Origin: Lama guanicoe
Taxonomy: Eukaryota
Length of the DNA stretch: 64,000 bases
Direction: 5' to 3'
Assembly: GCA_013239625.1 (NCBI GenBank)
Contig: MU054122.1
Location: 274,773-338,772 of the forward strand
Of this stretch, positions 45,452 through 58,678 are shown piece by piece. A program made the position numbers and the translations under genes. The notes beneath the pieces were generated by a model. The model ran no database searches. It was not told where the DNA came from and saw only the letters and a program-made list of their open reading frames with translations. Position 1 is the first letter of the stretch, and every line of letters begins with the position of its first letter.

Positions 45452-45797
45452 ACAAATACTGTATACGACTTCTATGTGGAATTAAAAAAAAACCCCAAAC
45501 TAGTGAATATAACAAAGAAGAAACCAACTCATAGATAGAGAGAAAAAACTACTGGTTACCAGTGGGGAGAGGGAAGGGGGGAAGGACAAGATAGGGGTAG
45601 AGAATTAAGAGGCACAAACAACTATATATAAAATAAATAAGCTATAAGGATACATTGTACAGCACAGGGAACACAGCTAATACTTTATAATAACTATAAA
45701 TGGAGTATAATCTTTAAAAATTGTGAATCACTAACTATGTTGTACACCTGAAACTAATATTATAAATCAACTATACCTCAATAAAAAAATAATAAAT
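45452..45797 (+). mobile_element. L1 3'UTR insertion with TSD
   Basis: L1 3' text ending in an A-rich tail; flanked by aaa(g)tatttttcta repeats. Confidence 0.8.
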
Positions 45798-47245
45798 AAT
45801 GAAATATTTTTCTAGAAAAGTCTCTCTGGAGATGAAGACCTACATTCTGTGACTAGTTTTATCTCAGTTAAGGGGCTCTTTAAAAGCTATAATTTATGAT
45901 TAATTAATTTAATCATTAAATATTTCTTGGGTGCTTATTAGATGCCTAGACATTATCTTGAGGACGTTCATTTATTAGTCCTATTTAAGCAGCTGAGATA
46001 CTGATTTGGTTTCCTAAAACATTCTTCACAGTGAAAGCCAACGTTTTTGTCTACTGAAATGGGTGGGGTATAAAAAGTCAGTAGGCTGGTAAGTGGTGTT
46101 CTATGTAGACCAAACAGTCTTTTGAAGCTAGTTTCTACAAAACCTGAGAAGAGCTCAGGTCTACATGAGAATAAATTCTGCGAATCAATACAGTGCCATG
46201 AGATTTTTAGTCAGTGCAGCCAATCATTTCCACTGGGCAATACTTTTTAAAGAAATGATTGATGACTGTATGACAGCTAAAAAAGAGAAGTACGTAGCAG
46301 GTAGACTGAGTTGAGCAATGAATAGAACTGACATAGTAACATTTCATCCACTAAAGTTAAGAGAATTCAATTTACACTGTTTTTAACTTTGCATGATGAG
46401 CTCTTCTAAGTAGAATGCTGTGGTTCCTGTCAATTGGCATAGGAGAAAGGGATCTCAAATTTATTCCCCCTATACCTTTTAGTGTCCCTAAGACAAGTTA
46501 AACATTCCAAAACAGCTTGAGGAATTAATTTCTAATGATGCCAATGTAATTCTTCATAGTCCCAGTGAAATCTCCAAACCTCTAAATTGCCACATTTGAA
46601 AAAGTCAAATATTGATTTTTTTTTTTTAAGGGAACACTTTCTCTGTCCTGGAACACTACATCTTAGGGTTTGGATAGTAATTACATATTTAAGACACATG
46701 CTAGGAAGTACTGCAACCAATTAGTTGGTTGGCTAATGTTGGCCAACTGAGAGGGAATGGGGTGTCTATTTATAAGGGGGTGGGGATGTGGTATCGGAAA
46801 GGCTACACAGAGTGGTGAAGCACACTAAGCTAGCAACAGCGTAATACAGTATACAGTCAGAGTGAGTTACAAGAGTGAAGGAGCAAGTGTGGAGAGTACA
46901 TATGATAAGATTTTCAAACCATCTGAGTGACTACCTTTTGGAATTTAAATTCTCCTAACTCACATATGTAGAGTTGACCTCTACCTCCCCTGAGTCCTTT
47001 ATACCTAAACTGACTCAATATCTCTACAGCACTTATACTTTTGTTTTCATGTTTTTACTCAATAAATACTTATTGGGCATCTGCTATGTGCAAGGTACTG
47101 TTCTAGAAGCCAATAATACAATAGTATCAGTATTAGGTTAATAGTATTAGATCAATAATGGATTATTAAAAATAAATCCATGTTCTCATGAAATTTATAT
47201 CATAATAAAGGATAATGGACAAAAAAAAAAAAAAAAAAAAGAAAG

Positions 47246-47641
47246 TAAGGCTGAACTGTCTTCCTCCAAACTCACATGTTGAATTCCTAACCCCCAGAAA
47301 CTTCAGAATATATTTGGAGAAAGGGTCTTTAAATGGGGGATTAAATTAAAATGAGGCCATTAGGGCATCCCTAATCCAATCTATTGACATTCTTCTAAGA
47401 AAAGGAAATTTGTATCTACAGAGAGATACCAGGAGTGTGACAAACATACAGAAAGACCATGTGAGGAGGACACAAGAAGGCAGCCATCTACAAGCCAAGG
47501 AGAAAGGCCCCATAGAAACCAAATCTGCTGACACCTTGATCTTGGACTTCCAGCTCCCAGAACTGAGAGAAAATAGATTTTTGTTGTTTTAGCCATCTGG
47601 TCTATGGTACTTTCTTATGGCCATCCTACCAAACTATACAC
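47246..47641 (+). mobile_element. MLT1A/B-like solo LTR within L2 remnants
   Basis: gctgacaccttgatcttggacttccagctcccagaactgagagaaaatagatttttgttgttttagcca. Confidence 0.8.
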
Positions 47642-48186
47642 CAAATAACACATAAACAGCATGGTGAAATATTACTTACTTTGTGCTATGTAGAAAAATA
47701 AAACAGGAAAAGAGGGAAAGAAAGTATGGGAAACTGGGTTGCAACTGATGTGGGATGGTCAGGAAAGACCTCACTGGGAGGGAAGAGCTGGGCAAAGACT
47801 TGAAGAAGGTGATTAAGCCCGCTCTGCACTTATGGGGGTGTGGGAATGGGAAGAGCACTCTAGGCAAAGGGAATGACAAGGGCAAAAGCCAGAGGTAGAG
47901 GCAGGCATGGTATGTTCAAGGAACTACAAAATGGTCAGGTTGGCTGGAAGTCACATATGAGTCACTCAGGAATCCACTCATGAAGATGATAGGAGATGAG
48001 GTCAGAAAGATAAAAAGTAATCTGATGGTAAAGACCTTGTTCAAAGTGTGGACCTCAGACGAGCCGTGCTGGCATCACATACAAGACTATTAGAGATGCA
48101 GACTCTCTGGCCCTGCCCCAGACCTATGAAATCATATTCTGTACGGAGATAATATCCCCAAATGATTTGCAGGCACATTAAAGTTT

Positions 48187-49497
48187 TTAACAGCTTCATT
48201 AAGGTATAATTAGTACACCATACATTTCACTCATTTAAAACATACAAGTCAAAGGTTTTGTATAATATTCACAGGTATTTGCAACAATCACGAGGTCAAT
48301 TATGGAATATTTTTATCACATCAAAAAGAAGTCTTGCACACTTTAGCTATCACTGCCCCTGCATCCTATAAATTTAGATACATAGTGCCTTCATTTTCAT
48401 TCATCTCGAAGTATTTTCTGATTTCCCTTTCTATTGCTTCTTGGATCCACTGCATAGTTAGGAGTATGTTGTTTAATTTCCACATATTTATGAGTTTCTG
48501 TAATTTTTTCCTGAATATTCATTTAAATTTCATTAAAATGTGGCCAGATAACAGACTTTGTTATTATTTCTGTAAATCTGTTGAGGTTTGTTTTATAATC
48601 TCGTATATGATTTATCCTGGACAGCATTTTGTGTGCCTTTGAGAAGAACGTATATTTTGTTGTTGGGTGGAGTATTCTATAGATGTCTGGTGTTGTATCC
48701 ACTATTGTAAATAGAGCAGTTAAGTCTCCAATTATTGTTGAATTATTTACTTCTTCCTTTCTCAGTTTTTGCTTTGTGTACTTTGGTGCTCTGTTATTGG
48801 ATATATATGTGTTTATAATTATTATAGCTTCCTGCTGGATTGACACTCCAGCTTTCCTGTGGCTGCTGTCTGGATGATATATATTATTCAAGCCTTTTAC
48901 TTTCAATCTATTTGTATATTTGAATCCAAAATGTGTCTTCTCTAGATAACATCTAGTTTGATCATGCTTCTTAATCCAGTCTGACAATCTCTGCCTTTTG
49001 ACTACATGATTTAATCCATTCACATTTAATGTTATTATTGATATAGATTTACTTCTGCCATTTTACTTTTGTTTTTAATGGCTCATGTATTTTTTGTTCC
49101 TCTATTTCTCCTTTACAGCTTTCCTTTGTCTGAAGTGAAAATTTTCTAATGTAGCATTTTAACATCTTTAATAATTTTAAATATATATATATATAATACA
49201 TATTTATTTTTAGTGGTTGCTCTAGGGTTTACCACATAATCTTATCAGAATCAGCTTTCAATTTATACTAGCTTAATTGCACTGATATACAGAAACATTA
49301 TTCTTATATAGCTCTCATTCCTTTTTCTTCTTTTTGTGGAATTTTTGTCACACAGTATTACATCTACAAATGTTATAATGCAATTACACATTGTTGTAAT
49401 TATTACTTTACCGTTTTTAGTCATTTTCTTAGTCAATACAACTTTGCTCCCACCCATCCACTTTGTGCTGTTATTGGCAAATACATTACATGCCTAT
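48187..49497 (-). mobile_element. L1 fragments (3' end plus ORF2 endonuclease region)
   Basis: ORF 48523-49023 reads NGLN..KRQRLSDWIKK...YTFFSKAH...SRINHI, an L1 endonuclease remnant. Confidence 0.85.
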
Positions 49498-49519
49498 ATG
49501 AGAGGATGCCTATAAGGAA

Positions 49520-50110
49520 CTTGTAGGTTGTTGTAAGAATTTTGTCCTTTTTTCTGAGTGAAATGGGAAGACACTGGAACAGAAAAGCCATCTGATCTGA
49601 CTTACATTTAAAAAGGTTCCAACTGTATACTTCATTGAGAATAGTCTCTAAGAGAGCAGGGAAGAGTCAGAAGACAATTTAGAGATGTCTGCCATAATCC
49701 AGGGTTGGAAATAAAGATGGCTTGGACCAGGCTGGAAGGAGTAGAGTTTGTAAGAAATCATTAGCTTCTGAATATGATCTGAGGGTAGCCAGTGAGATTT
49801 AATGACAGATAATGGGATGGATAAAAAGAAAGGAATCAAGGATAACCCCAAGCTTTTAGGCCTGAGTACTGGAAGAATAGATCTGCCATTAACTGAAGTG
49901 GGGAACAATGTGGAAGCACAATGTTCAGGGGGAAATCCAGGAGATCCAGTGAGATGTATAAGGTTGGAGACGCCTTATGACTACCCCAGGGAGGTGTTGA
50001 CTGGGCAGAGATCATACAAATCGGGAAAGAGGTCCAGGTGGGAAATATAAATTTGGGAACCATCAGTATACAGGTGGTATTTAAATCCATGAGACTAAAT
50101 GAGTTCCTTC
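49520..50110 (+). mobile_element. L2 LINE remnant (others near 21670, 24430, 27200, 47650, 62750)
   Basis: ggaatcaaggataacccc...cctgagtactggaagaatagatctgccattaactga...ggtatttaaatccatgagact, typical L2 text; strand given as read. Confidence 0.7.
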
Positions 50111-51034
50111 AGGTCTGAGAATGAAGAAGGAATGAGGCTGAGTTCTGGGGTAAAGGAAGGGAAGATGAGGAGGAAACTACAAAGAAAAGAGAAGGAAAAG
50201 CCAAAGTTTTATAAATACTTGACCTTCTTAATATGTGTGAGCTGCTTAAGAGCGGAAATAATTTATTAATCATTGTGTCCCTTATGTAAGCGTTCTCAAC
50301 CATGCAAACTTTGAAAAAGCTCTCAGGGAGTCTGATCCACACCTCCAGGTTGAGAACAACTGCCTCTGTGCCTGTCATAGTGCTGGGCACAGAGAAGTTG
50401 CTGTGTGTTTCTGAAACTGAAACTGAATGTATGATTAGAACATAAAAACACCCAAAGGTTTCAGGTATTAATTTTGAACTATGATAATAATTAGCTATCC
50501 ACCATGATTTACCAAGAGAAGCCACACTGATCCCCGAGTTGCAATTAAGGTAACTGCTGTGCAAGAGAATAAAATCTATGTATATTTATATTACAGAAAA
50601 AGAGGTAACAAAAAGCAAGGGAAGTATATAGTATTTTGGAGATGGATTGCTTTTAACTAGCTTCACATTATATAGTCAAATGCCTTTCACTTCCTGTATT
50701 TGTGACTTGTAATTCTGTTCTCATTAAGAGTGATATCATAGAGTAGTAAGAATCGAACAGTCAGATTTTCATCCAAGCCCTGGTTCTGCCATTTCTAACT
50801 GCCATTTCTGAAGCTCTGCAAGCCATATAAACCCTCTGGGCTCATCTCTTTCACATGTGGAATTAGAATAATGAAACCTATTCTGAAGAAATATTGCAAA
50901 CACTACAGACAGACTTAAATTATCTTGCAGAGAGCAGACTCACAAAAATGGTCATTGTTATTACTATTGACAATTTTGGCAATCATAATTGTCATTATGA
51001 TAAAAATACAATAATGTAAAGAATTGTGAATTGA

Positions 51035-53005
51035 GTAGGCAATTAGTACCTATGTGATAAATTACTTCAAAACTTAGTGGCTTACTTGTTTTATGACAAT
51101 GAACTATGACTGCGGTTCCTGTAGGTCAGGAATTCACAAGTAGCTTAGCTTAATGGTTCTGGCTGAGAAGCTCTTGTTAGGATGTAAAGTTAAGATAATG
51201 GTCAGAGCTGAAGTATAGGCTTCCAAGGAGGCTCACTGACGTGGCTGACAAGCTGGTGCTGGCTGTTGGCCGGATGCCTTAGCCCTGTGGACCTCCCAGT
51301 GTCCCCATGACATGGTAGCTGGCTTCCTGCAGAGCAAGCAATCCAAGAGAAGGCAAGGCAGAACTATCAAATTCTTCTACAACCTGGCCTTGAAAGTCTC
51401 CTTGCCTCCCTCCTTCCTTTCCCTTCCCTCCCGGGCCTGACCGCCCAGCCCACCAGGTATGGCGCTGATGGTGGATGTGGTGGGGCCAGCGCCCTGGGGC
51501 TTCTGCATCTCCGAGGGCAGGGATTTCCACACGCCTATCATGGTGACCAACGTAACCGAGAGGGGCGAGGCTGAAGCTGCTGACCTCCGGCCTGGTGACA
51601 TTATTGTGGCCATCAGTGGGGAGAGGGCAGAGGGCATGCTTCATACCGAGGCCCAGAGCAAGATCTGCCAGAGCCCCTCACCTGAGGCTGCAGCTGGACC
51701 GGTCCCGGGCTGCCTCTCCCGGGCAGACCAACGGGGAAAGCTCCGTGGAGGTGCTGGCCACTCGCTTCCAGGGCCCCGAGGACGCACATAGACAGCCAGT
51801 CCTCCCTGTGGTCACCCGGCTCCAACCCGGCCTCCCTCGGCCCCCGGCCAGGCAGCCCCACCTGCCCGCCAGCAGCCCACACGCCCTCGCTGGAGAGGCT
51901 GTGACCCGCCACAGTTTCCAGAGGCTGCCCCACTCCCCGGGAATCGCCGCTGCGGGCCGCTTGTCCTATGGGGGCCGCCCCGGAAGCCAACAGGCCGGCC
52001 TTGGCCCCGCTGGCGACTCGGCTGCGCTGGTGCTGCCGCCACCGCCTTCCCCAGGTCCCCGTTCGTCCAGCCCCAGGCTCACTGTGGCCTCTGAAGGGGA
52101 AAGCCATCTCCTGAGCGAGGACTCAGAAGTCTTCAAGATGCTGCAGGAAAATCGTGAGGCGCGGCTGCCCCCGCACCCACCCCCCCCCGCAGTCCAGCTC
52201 CTTTCGGCTCTTGCAGGAGGCCCTGGAGGCCAAGGAGAGAGGTGGCACGCCTGCCCTCCTGCTCAGCTCGCTGAGTCCCCAGTCTGCCCTGCGCACCTCC
52301 AGGGCCCTGGCCACCCCACCCAAGCTCCACACATGTGAGAAGTGCAGTGCCAGCATTGCGAACCAGGCTGTGCGCATCCAGGAGGGGCGGTACCGCCATC
52401 CCAGCTGCTACACCTGCGCCGACTGTGGCCTGAACTTGAAGATGCGCGGGCACTTCTGGGTGGGGGACGAGCTGTACTGTGAGAAGCACACCCGCCAGCG
52501 CTACTCCGCACCCCTGACCCTCAGCTCCCAGGCCTGAGTGCCCGCCCTCCACTCTGCGGGCACCTCCACGCCAGGGCCATGCAGTTGGCATGGAAAGGCG
52601 ATGGGGGTTGGTGGGTTCCCTTCCTCCTCGCTGGGACAAGGACCTGCCTGCGCTGTGCCTCTGCTGGATACTCTCACTTCCTTCCCCCTGCTGGACAGGC
52701 TCTGCACCAAAGTCTGAAGTGGGCACTGCACAGGGTGTCTCTGTGCCATAGGGGTTGAGCAGGTTGTTAGGTGGAGATAAATATCTAGGAGAGGGGTGGG
52801 CCAGACGCTCCAGGTATTCACTGTGTAAAGTTTTCAACATAGGAAAGCTATAAATATATACTCAGCGTGGACAAAAAAAAAATCGTTATTTCCGTCATAT
52901 TGTATTTGTTACACAGGGCATCCCCCTTCAGTGAGATAGGGGAAAATATATAAACACCAGGCGGAAAGAATCATTGGGCACCATCTTGGAAGTCTGGCTA
53001 CCACA
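51035..53005 (-). mobile_element. MLT1 solo LTR split by the PDLIM2 retrocopy (51035-51398 and 52883-53005)
   Basis: MLT1 text stops at ccttgaaagtc, resumes at gttatttccgtcatatt and ends ccatcttggaagtctggctaccaca. Confidence 0.75.
51399..52882 (+). pseudogene. PDLIM2: Processed pseudogene of PDLIM2
   Basis: Intronless; ATG at 51459 (MALMVDVVGPAPWGF, PDZ domain), then EDSEVFKMLQENRE, QSSSFRLLQEALE and LIM domain CEKC...HPSCYTCADC...CEKH, TGA ending 52537. Segments fall in different frames (shifts near 51681, 51778, about 51860, about 52180). TATAAA variant signal at 52849, A10 tail 52873-52882. Confidence 0.95.
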
Positions 53006-56000
53006 AACAGTAACTAAACTATACCTTTAATGTTACCTGTTACCTTTGAACATGGTGAATGGAAGTAATAGATTTGCTTTCTTTCTCCATCTCACTTCTA
53101 AAACTGGAAATAATTCCAATTATTTCTTAATGACCTTCAATAAGTGTGATTATATTTATTGCCACTGTCTTCCCTAGTAAAGGTTTCTTTCAAATGTCTT
53201 GCTATTTGAGCAAGTACGAAGAAGCTTTCTGATGTGAATACATAATCAAGATTGTTGTATAACTCGAAAGTCAGTGTTTCAATTTTCCTCTAAGGGAACA
53301 TTCAGCTTTGTTTCCGCTGACACACACTTATAACAAAATAATACCCTATTTCCACCTTCAACATGGCCAACAAATAATACTAAGCAACTCTTGCCAAGTA
53401 CTAACTAAAGAGTTTGGATTAGAACTATGCTGGTTATCTCCCAACATCAACAACTACAGACAAAATATTTATTTCCCACCCTCCCATTAACTGGTTGCCT
53501 GACTTTGAACAAATCATAATCCCATTTTAATCTTTAAACTGAGGGAATTCGATTTTTTTTAGAAAAAGAAAAGTTATATAATATGCTCATGGTAAAAACA
53601 GAAAAAAAGCATATGGATTAGAAAAATTCAAGAGACTATTCCTTCAAGTTCTTAAATTGTATGATTGTTTATTTCTTACGTACTCTTTGAGATACAGAAT
53701 GATGGTTAAATCATCTTTTGATAGATTTGGCATAAATGCAAAAAAAAAAATTTCAGAGACTTCTACCATCACCTTGATAGTGGCTCACCTGCCCCAACTT
53801 AAAATTTTATATCAGTCACTGCTTTGGTTACCAAGAGATATTTTCCAAGATACTAAGAATGGACTATGCTGGTATGACTAGCTGTTTTGTGTTAATGTCT
53901 TTCTAACCTCTATACCAAGGAAAGGAAGGAATGCTAGATACTGGAGTCCTTAAAAGCTGACCAGAAAAGGCAAGTTAAAAGGTGAGAAATGAAAAGACAG
54001 ACAAAAAAGTGAATATCTCTTTAAGAAGCAATGAAAGCTTAGAGATTTCAAGGTGAGGAGAAGCAAGTCAAACATCATTCTATGCCAAGAAAATCTTGTA
54101 GATGACCACAAGCCACTTTTCCTGACAGACAACTGAAAACTTAGGAATATTTGCTTTGTTAGCAGGCTGTCAAGTGATATGTTCAGAGTCAGGTTTTTTG
54201 TTGTTGTTGTTGAAGTCTGATATGCCATAATTTATATTTCTTTCTTTTGAGTTGCAATTCAAGTCACATTGTACTCTCCGAAACAGTAAACAGGAAGACC
54301 ATTTGAGGCTAGTCTTCAGTTCACTTTGCCTTTCACCCTGCAAAACAGAGCCTTCGAACTAGCATCTTCATTGCCCCATTAAGATGATCTTTTCAGAAAA
54401 TTCCACTGTTATCAGCAATTTTACATGGCATGGCATGACACGGCTCATCGAACATACACACTCATCAGGTAGTGTGTGGTTCAAGCCACACCTAGCCTGC
54501 GTGAAGCTGTGTTCCAGACCTTAACTCTGAGAATTTGGAGCTTACCAAGAAAAAACTATCTGAATGCAGGTAAACCCTTCACGCCCTAGTGACTGCGCAG
54601 GAAGTCACAGGGCAGTGGCTCATCCTCTGTCTCTAAGGAACAGGTCTTGAAATCTCTCCTTTCTCTAGAAGTTCTATTTAAACTACTCAAGTGTTCAAAA
54701 GATGTAAGAGCTGGCTGTTGTTTAAGAAAATTGTTTCCTTCCATCTTTAAGAAACACTGGAGGGGCCTACAGAAGGATGAGAATGGTAAAGCCACTTAAT
54801 CTACATGGTGCAGAAATATCTGATTGGTGTCACTGATCGGTGCACCCTTTCCACAGCATATAGTTGTTGCTGTAAGAAGCTTCCCAGCCAAGCACTACAT
54901 TCCCCAACACCAACCACACACCAACTCCACTCACATTCTATTGGCCAAAACTGCCCACATGACCCCAAACATCTAGGTGGGCTAGTTTCAGCCAGTGGAA
55001 TGTGAATGGGAGTGATGTGCATCCCCTCCAATCTTTGTGTGCTTCCTCCATATCACCTCCTTCAGCAGGAACCTGGGGTCACCTGTTGAAGAAGAGCTGC
55101 ACTGGAGGATGGAAAGGAGCCAGAATCCCTGATCAATACTCAGAGGAGAGTTGCCTGATCAGGAAGGAATATGTATACTGTTCATTGTTGAAGAGAGAAT
55201 ACAATATTGCATTATGACATTGCGCTTTGGGAGATTTTGTTAGAGCAGTTCATCTACCCTGACCAAACAGTGGAAACTGAACCAATACAGAAGTACATTT
55301 TCTTGGGATGCAGGATCATCTGGGAAAATGGAAGAGGAACACAGGAAGAAAAAAAGCACAGCAGCAGAGGCAGGAAAACCTAAGATGGAGAGAAATGAGT
55401 TCATTGACTGGGTCAGCCCCTGGGAAGTATCTGCTCTTAGAAAAATCAGTTCATTGGTCTGAAACAATGTGGACTAAGACGGACAGCTTGAATATCCACA
55501 TACCCATTGTTAAAAAATAAACCAACAGAAAAGATTACAAATAATCTTTGCCATACTGAAAAGTGAACAAATTAGCAGTGATAAGATGGCTACATAGCAT
55601 TTTTTGTACAGTGTAATATTTTATCCAAGAAATACGTAGTGAAGAGGATTGGGATGGAGAAATCCAGAGAAATATTCAAGGAAAAAGGATGAAGTAGGAA
55701 AAAACTTTAAAAACTTTAGATTTAAAGTAAGAGAAAGAATCAGAGAAGTTAAAAAATCTGCTCCAAGGAGTTGAAGTCTAAGGATCATTTTTTAAGAACT
55801 AGAAACTAGAGATGGTAGAGAAAATGCTCTAAAGACCTAACAGGTATATTTATTCGTTCATTAGTTTATTCCACAAATATTTACTGAGCAACTACTATGT
55901 GTGGAGCCCTGTTAATGGCAGCATGGACAGCACCATGAGCTCACAGTCCTAAGCACAGAACAAAGGGTTGTGATACATAGTATCACAGCGATCTTCTCAA

Positions 56001-56510
56001 AGGCAAATGTTTAATTTTCTTTTATTCAAAAAATGTAGTCAAGACCAGCGGAAAAAGAGGACTGTTTCCCTCCCATTCTAAAGGCGCCTTCCTAAATTCT
56101 ATTTTAGCAATCAGAAAGGGACAAACAGGCTGGAGAAACACAAAATTCTAAGTCTTTAACAGACCGTGACAAAAACAGAGCCAAATAATTATTTCTAAGA
56201 AAATGAAATTGCTTTTTATCACCACACACTGGATGAATTTTTCCGATTGTCCCCTGTAAAGCTGTAAAATGCACGAATCCTGACAACAGATAATACAATT
56301 GAAAAAATTAGTCTCCTGTGTGCAAAATAATACTTTCATAACAAGGGGCAATTCATGCTTACTTTCTTTAGACTTTTGCCAAACAGAATACCAGTTCAGG
56401 CTAATTACACGAGCTGGTTGAAAACTGTGTGCTTAAGGGAAACGCATCCCCCTTAAGAATAGCCAAGAATAAGTCTTAGCACCAAATACAAAACAACCGG
56501 AAAAAAATGA

Positions 56511-56848
56511 GTTCAATCCCCAGCACTTCTATTAAAAAATAAAGAAAGAAACCTTATCTCATCCCCTTCAAAAAATAAAATGTAAAAATAAAATATATAA
56601 ATTCATTTTTAAAATTGTTTAAAAAAAAAGCAAGCATGTAAACTAACAAAAAGTAAAGTTAAAAAATGCTCAATATTGGTAAATTATCAGAGAAATGCAA
56701 ATCAAAACTACAATGAGGTATCACCTGACACTTGTCAGAATGGCCATCATTCAAAAATCCACAAACAATAAATACTAGAGCGGGTGTGGAGGAAAGGGAA
56801 CCCTCCTATCTTGTTGGTGGTAATGTAATTTGGTGCAGCCACTATGGA
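56511..56848 (+). repeat. Partial diverged copy of the SINE/L1 composite at 58037-58384
   Basis: Collinear by eye, including the identical tract tccccttcaaaaaataaaatgtaaaaataaaa and the SINE-tail/L1 junction. Confidence 0.85.
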
Positions 56849-57980
56849 GATTTTTTAACTTCTCTTGTTCTTTGTCTCACTTTAAATCTAAAGTTTTCTA
56901 AGTATTTTTCCTACCTCATCCTTTTCCCCTGAATGTTTCTCTGGGTTTCTCCATCCCACTCCTTTTCACCAGGTTATTTCCTAGATAAAATATTATACTG
57001 TACTAAAAATGCAACCTAGCCTTCGTATCACTGACAGTTTGCTCATTTTTCAGTATGGCAAAGGTTATTTGTAATCTTTTCTGCTGTTTTTATTTTTTTT
57101 ACAATGATTGTGTGGGTATTCAAGCTGTCCATCTTAGTCCACAATGTTTCAGACCAATGAAGACTGAAGAAAGAGCCCAGAGTCAGCAACAGAGCGACAT
57201 CAATGGTTTAACGGACAGGGGAAAACATAAGAGGATACTCACAAGAAATTTCATCAGCATACTGCAATTAGCCATGCTTGCTGATGCACATAAAAGAGTT
57301 GTAAAATTCTCTGCCTTGAAAAAAACAAAAATCACCTTCCGTGATTAAGGAACTTTCTGCCACATCGACTCAAGTGCTTTGCTCCAAAGCACAGCTATGG
57401 GTCACCTTTACGTAGAGAACTTTGGTCACCTTGGGAGAGAAAAAGCAGTTCCCGTGAAGAGAGTCAACTGTAACTTCCACACACTGATTCACACGTCGGG
57501 CAAGAAATACAACTGGCTTGTCAACGGGAATGGTGGGGCAGGGACCAATTTTCCCAAGTTCTACTTTTCATGAGGCATGGTGCCACAGGTCTGACGCATG
57601 GATGATGCTGCAAGAGGTTTGGAAATCTGAGTCCCTAGAGAAATGCTTCAGAAAGAGACCGACAAACAACAAGCAGAACAATGCCTCCAACGTGATCAAA
57701 ACAGGTGTGCAGCGCCATCTACGACGCATGAGCTACTTTAGGTCCCCCTGAAAATTCAGTTAATTTCTTGTGTAAGAAGAGGAGCATTTGTAAGCATTCA
57801 ATCAAGTCAATCTATGATAAGCGAGGGTCCTGGCAAAAACAATGGCCTGCTCAAGCTGCCTCATTTAAGAAAAGCTTAGAGAAGGCACTTCCCCCCAGTC
57901 AGAAAATGGGCAGAAGACCTAAACAGACATTTCTCCAATGAAGACATCCAGATGGCCAATAGGAACATGAAAAGATGCTC

Positions 57981-58197
57981 CGGAAGAGGGTATAGCTCAG
58001 TGGTAGAGTACATGCTTAGCAAGCACGAGGTCCTGGGTTCAGTCCTCAGTACCGCTATTAAAAAATAAGGAAATAAATAAAAAAACCTAATTACCTTGTC
58101 CCCTTCAAAAAATAAAATGTAAAAATAAAACAATAAGTTTATGTTTAAAACTGTTTTTTAAAAAAGCATGCAAACTAACAAAAAAGTGAAGTTTAAA
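57981..58197 (+). mobile_element. tRNA-Ala-derived SINE with extended tail, inserted in L1
   Basis: A box tagctcagtggtaga, B box ggttcagtcct; perfect TSD aaaagatgctc at 57970-57980 and 58198-58208. Confidence 0.9.
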
Positions 58198-58593
58198 AAA
58201 AGATGCTCAATATCAATAATTATTGGAGAAATGCAAATCAAAACTACAGTGAGGTATCACCTCACACTGGTCAGAATGGCCATCATTCAAAAGTCCACAA
58301 ACAATAAATACTAGAGAGGGTGTGGAGAAAAGGGAACCCTCCAACATTGTTGGTGGTAATGTAATTTGGTGCAGCCACTATGGACAACAGTATGGTGATT
58401 CCTTAAAAAACCAAAAGTGGGGTTACCATATGATCTAGCAATCCCACTCCTAGGCATACATCTGGAAAAAACTCCAATTCAAAAAGGTACATGCACCCCA
58501 ATGTTCATAGCAGCACTATTTATAACAGCCAAGACATGGAAGCAACCTAAATGTCCACTGACAGATGACTGGATAAAGAAGACATGGTGTGTG

Positions 58594-58596
<3 letters not shown>

Positions 58597-58676
<80 letters not shown>
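58597..58676. repeat. (AC)40 perfect microsatellite
   Basis: 80 bp of uninterrupted AC. Confidence 0.95.

Positions 58677-58678
<2 letters not shown>

Noticed and set aside
51595..52840. 247-aa, 235-aa and 164-aa ORFs
   Set aside because: Frameshifted pieces or antisense shadows of the PDLIM2 retrocopy.
57710..57726. CTCF-like core (reverse strand TAGATGGCGCTG)
   Set aside because: The 5' CCAC part of the motif is mismatched; not supportable without ChIP or conservation data.
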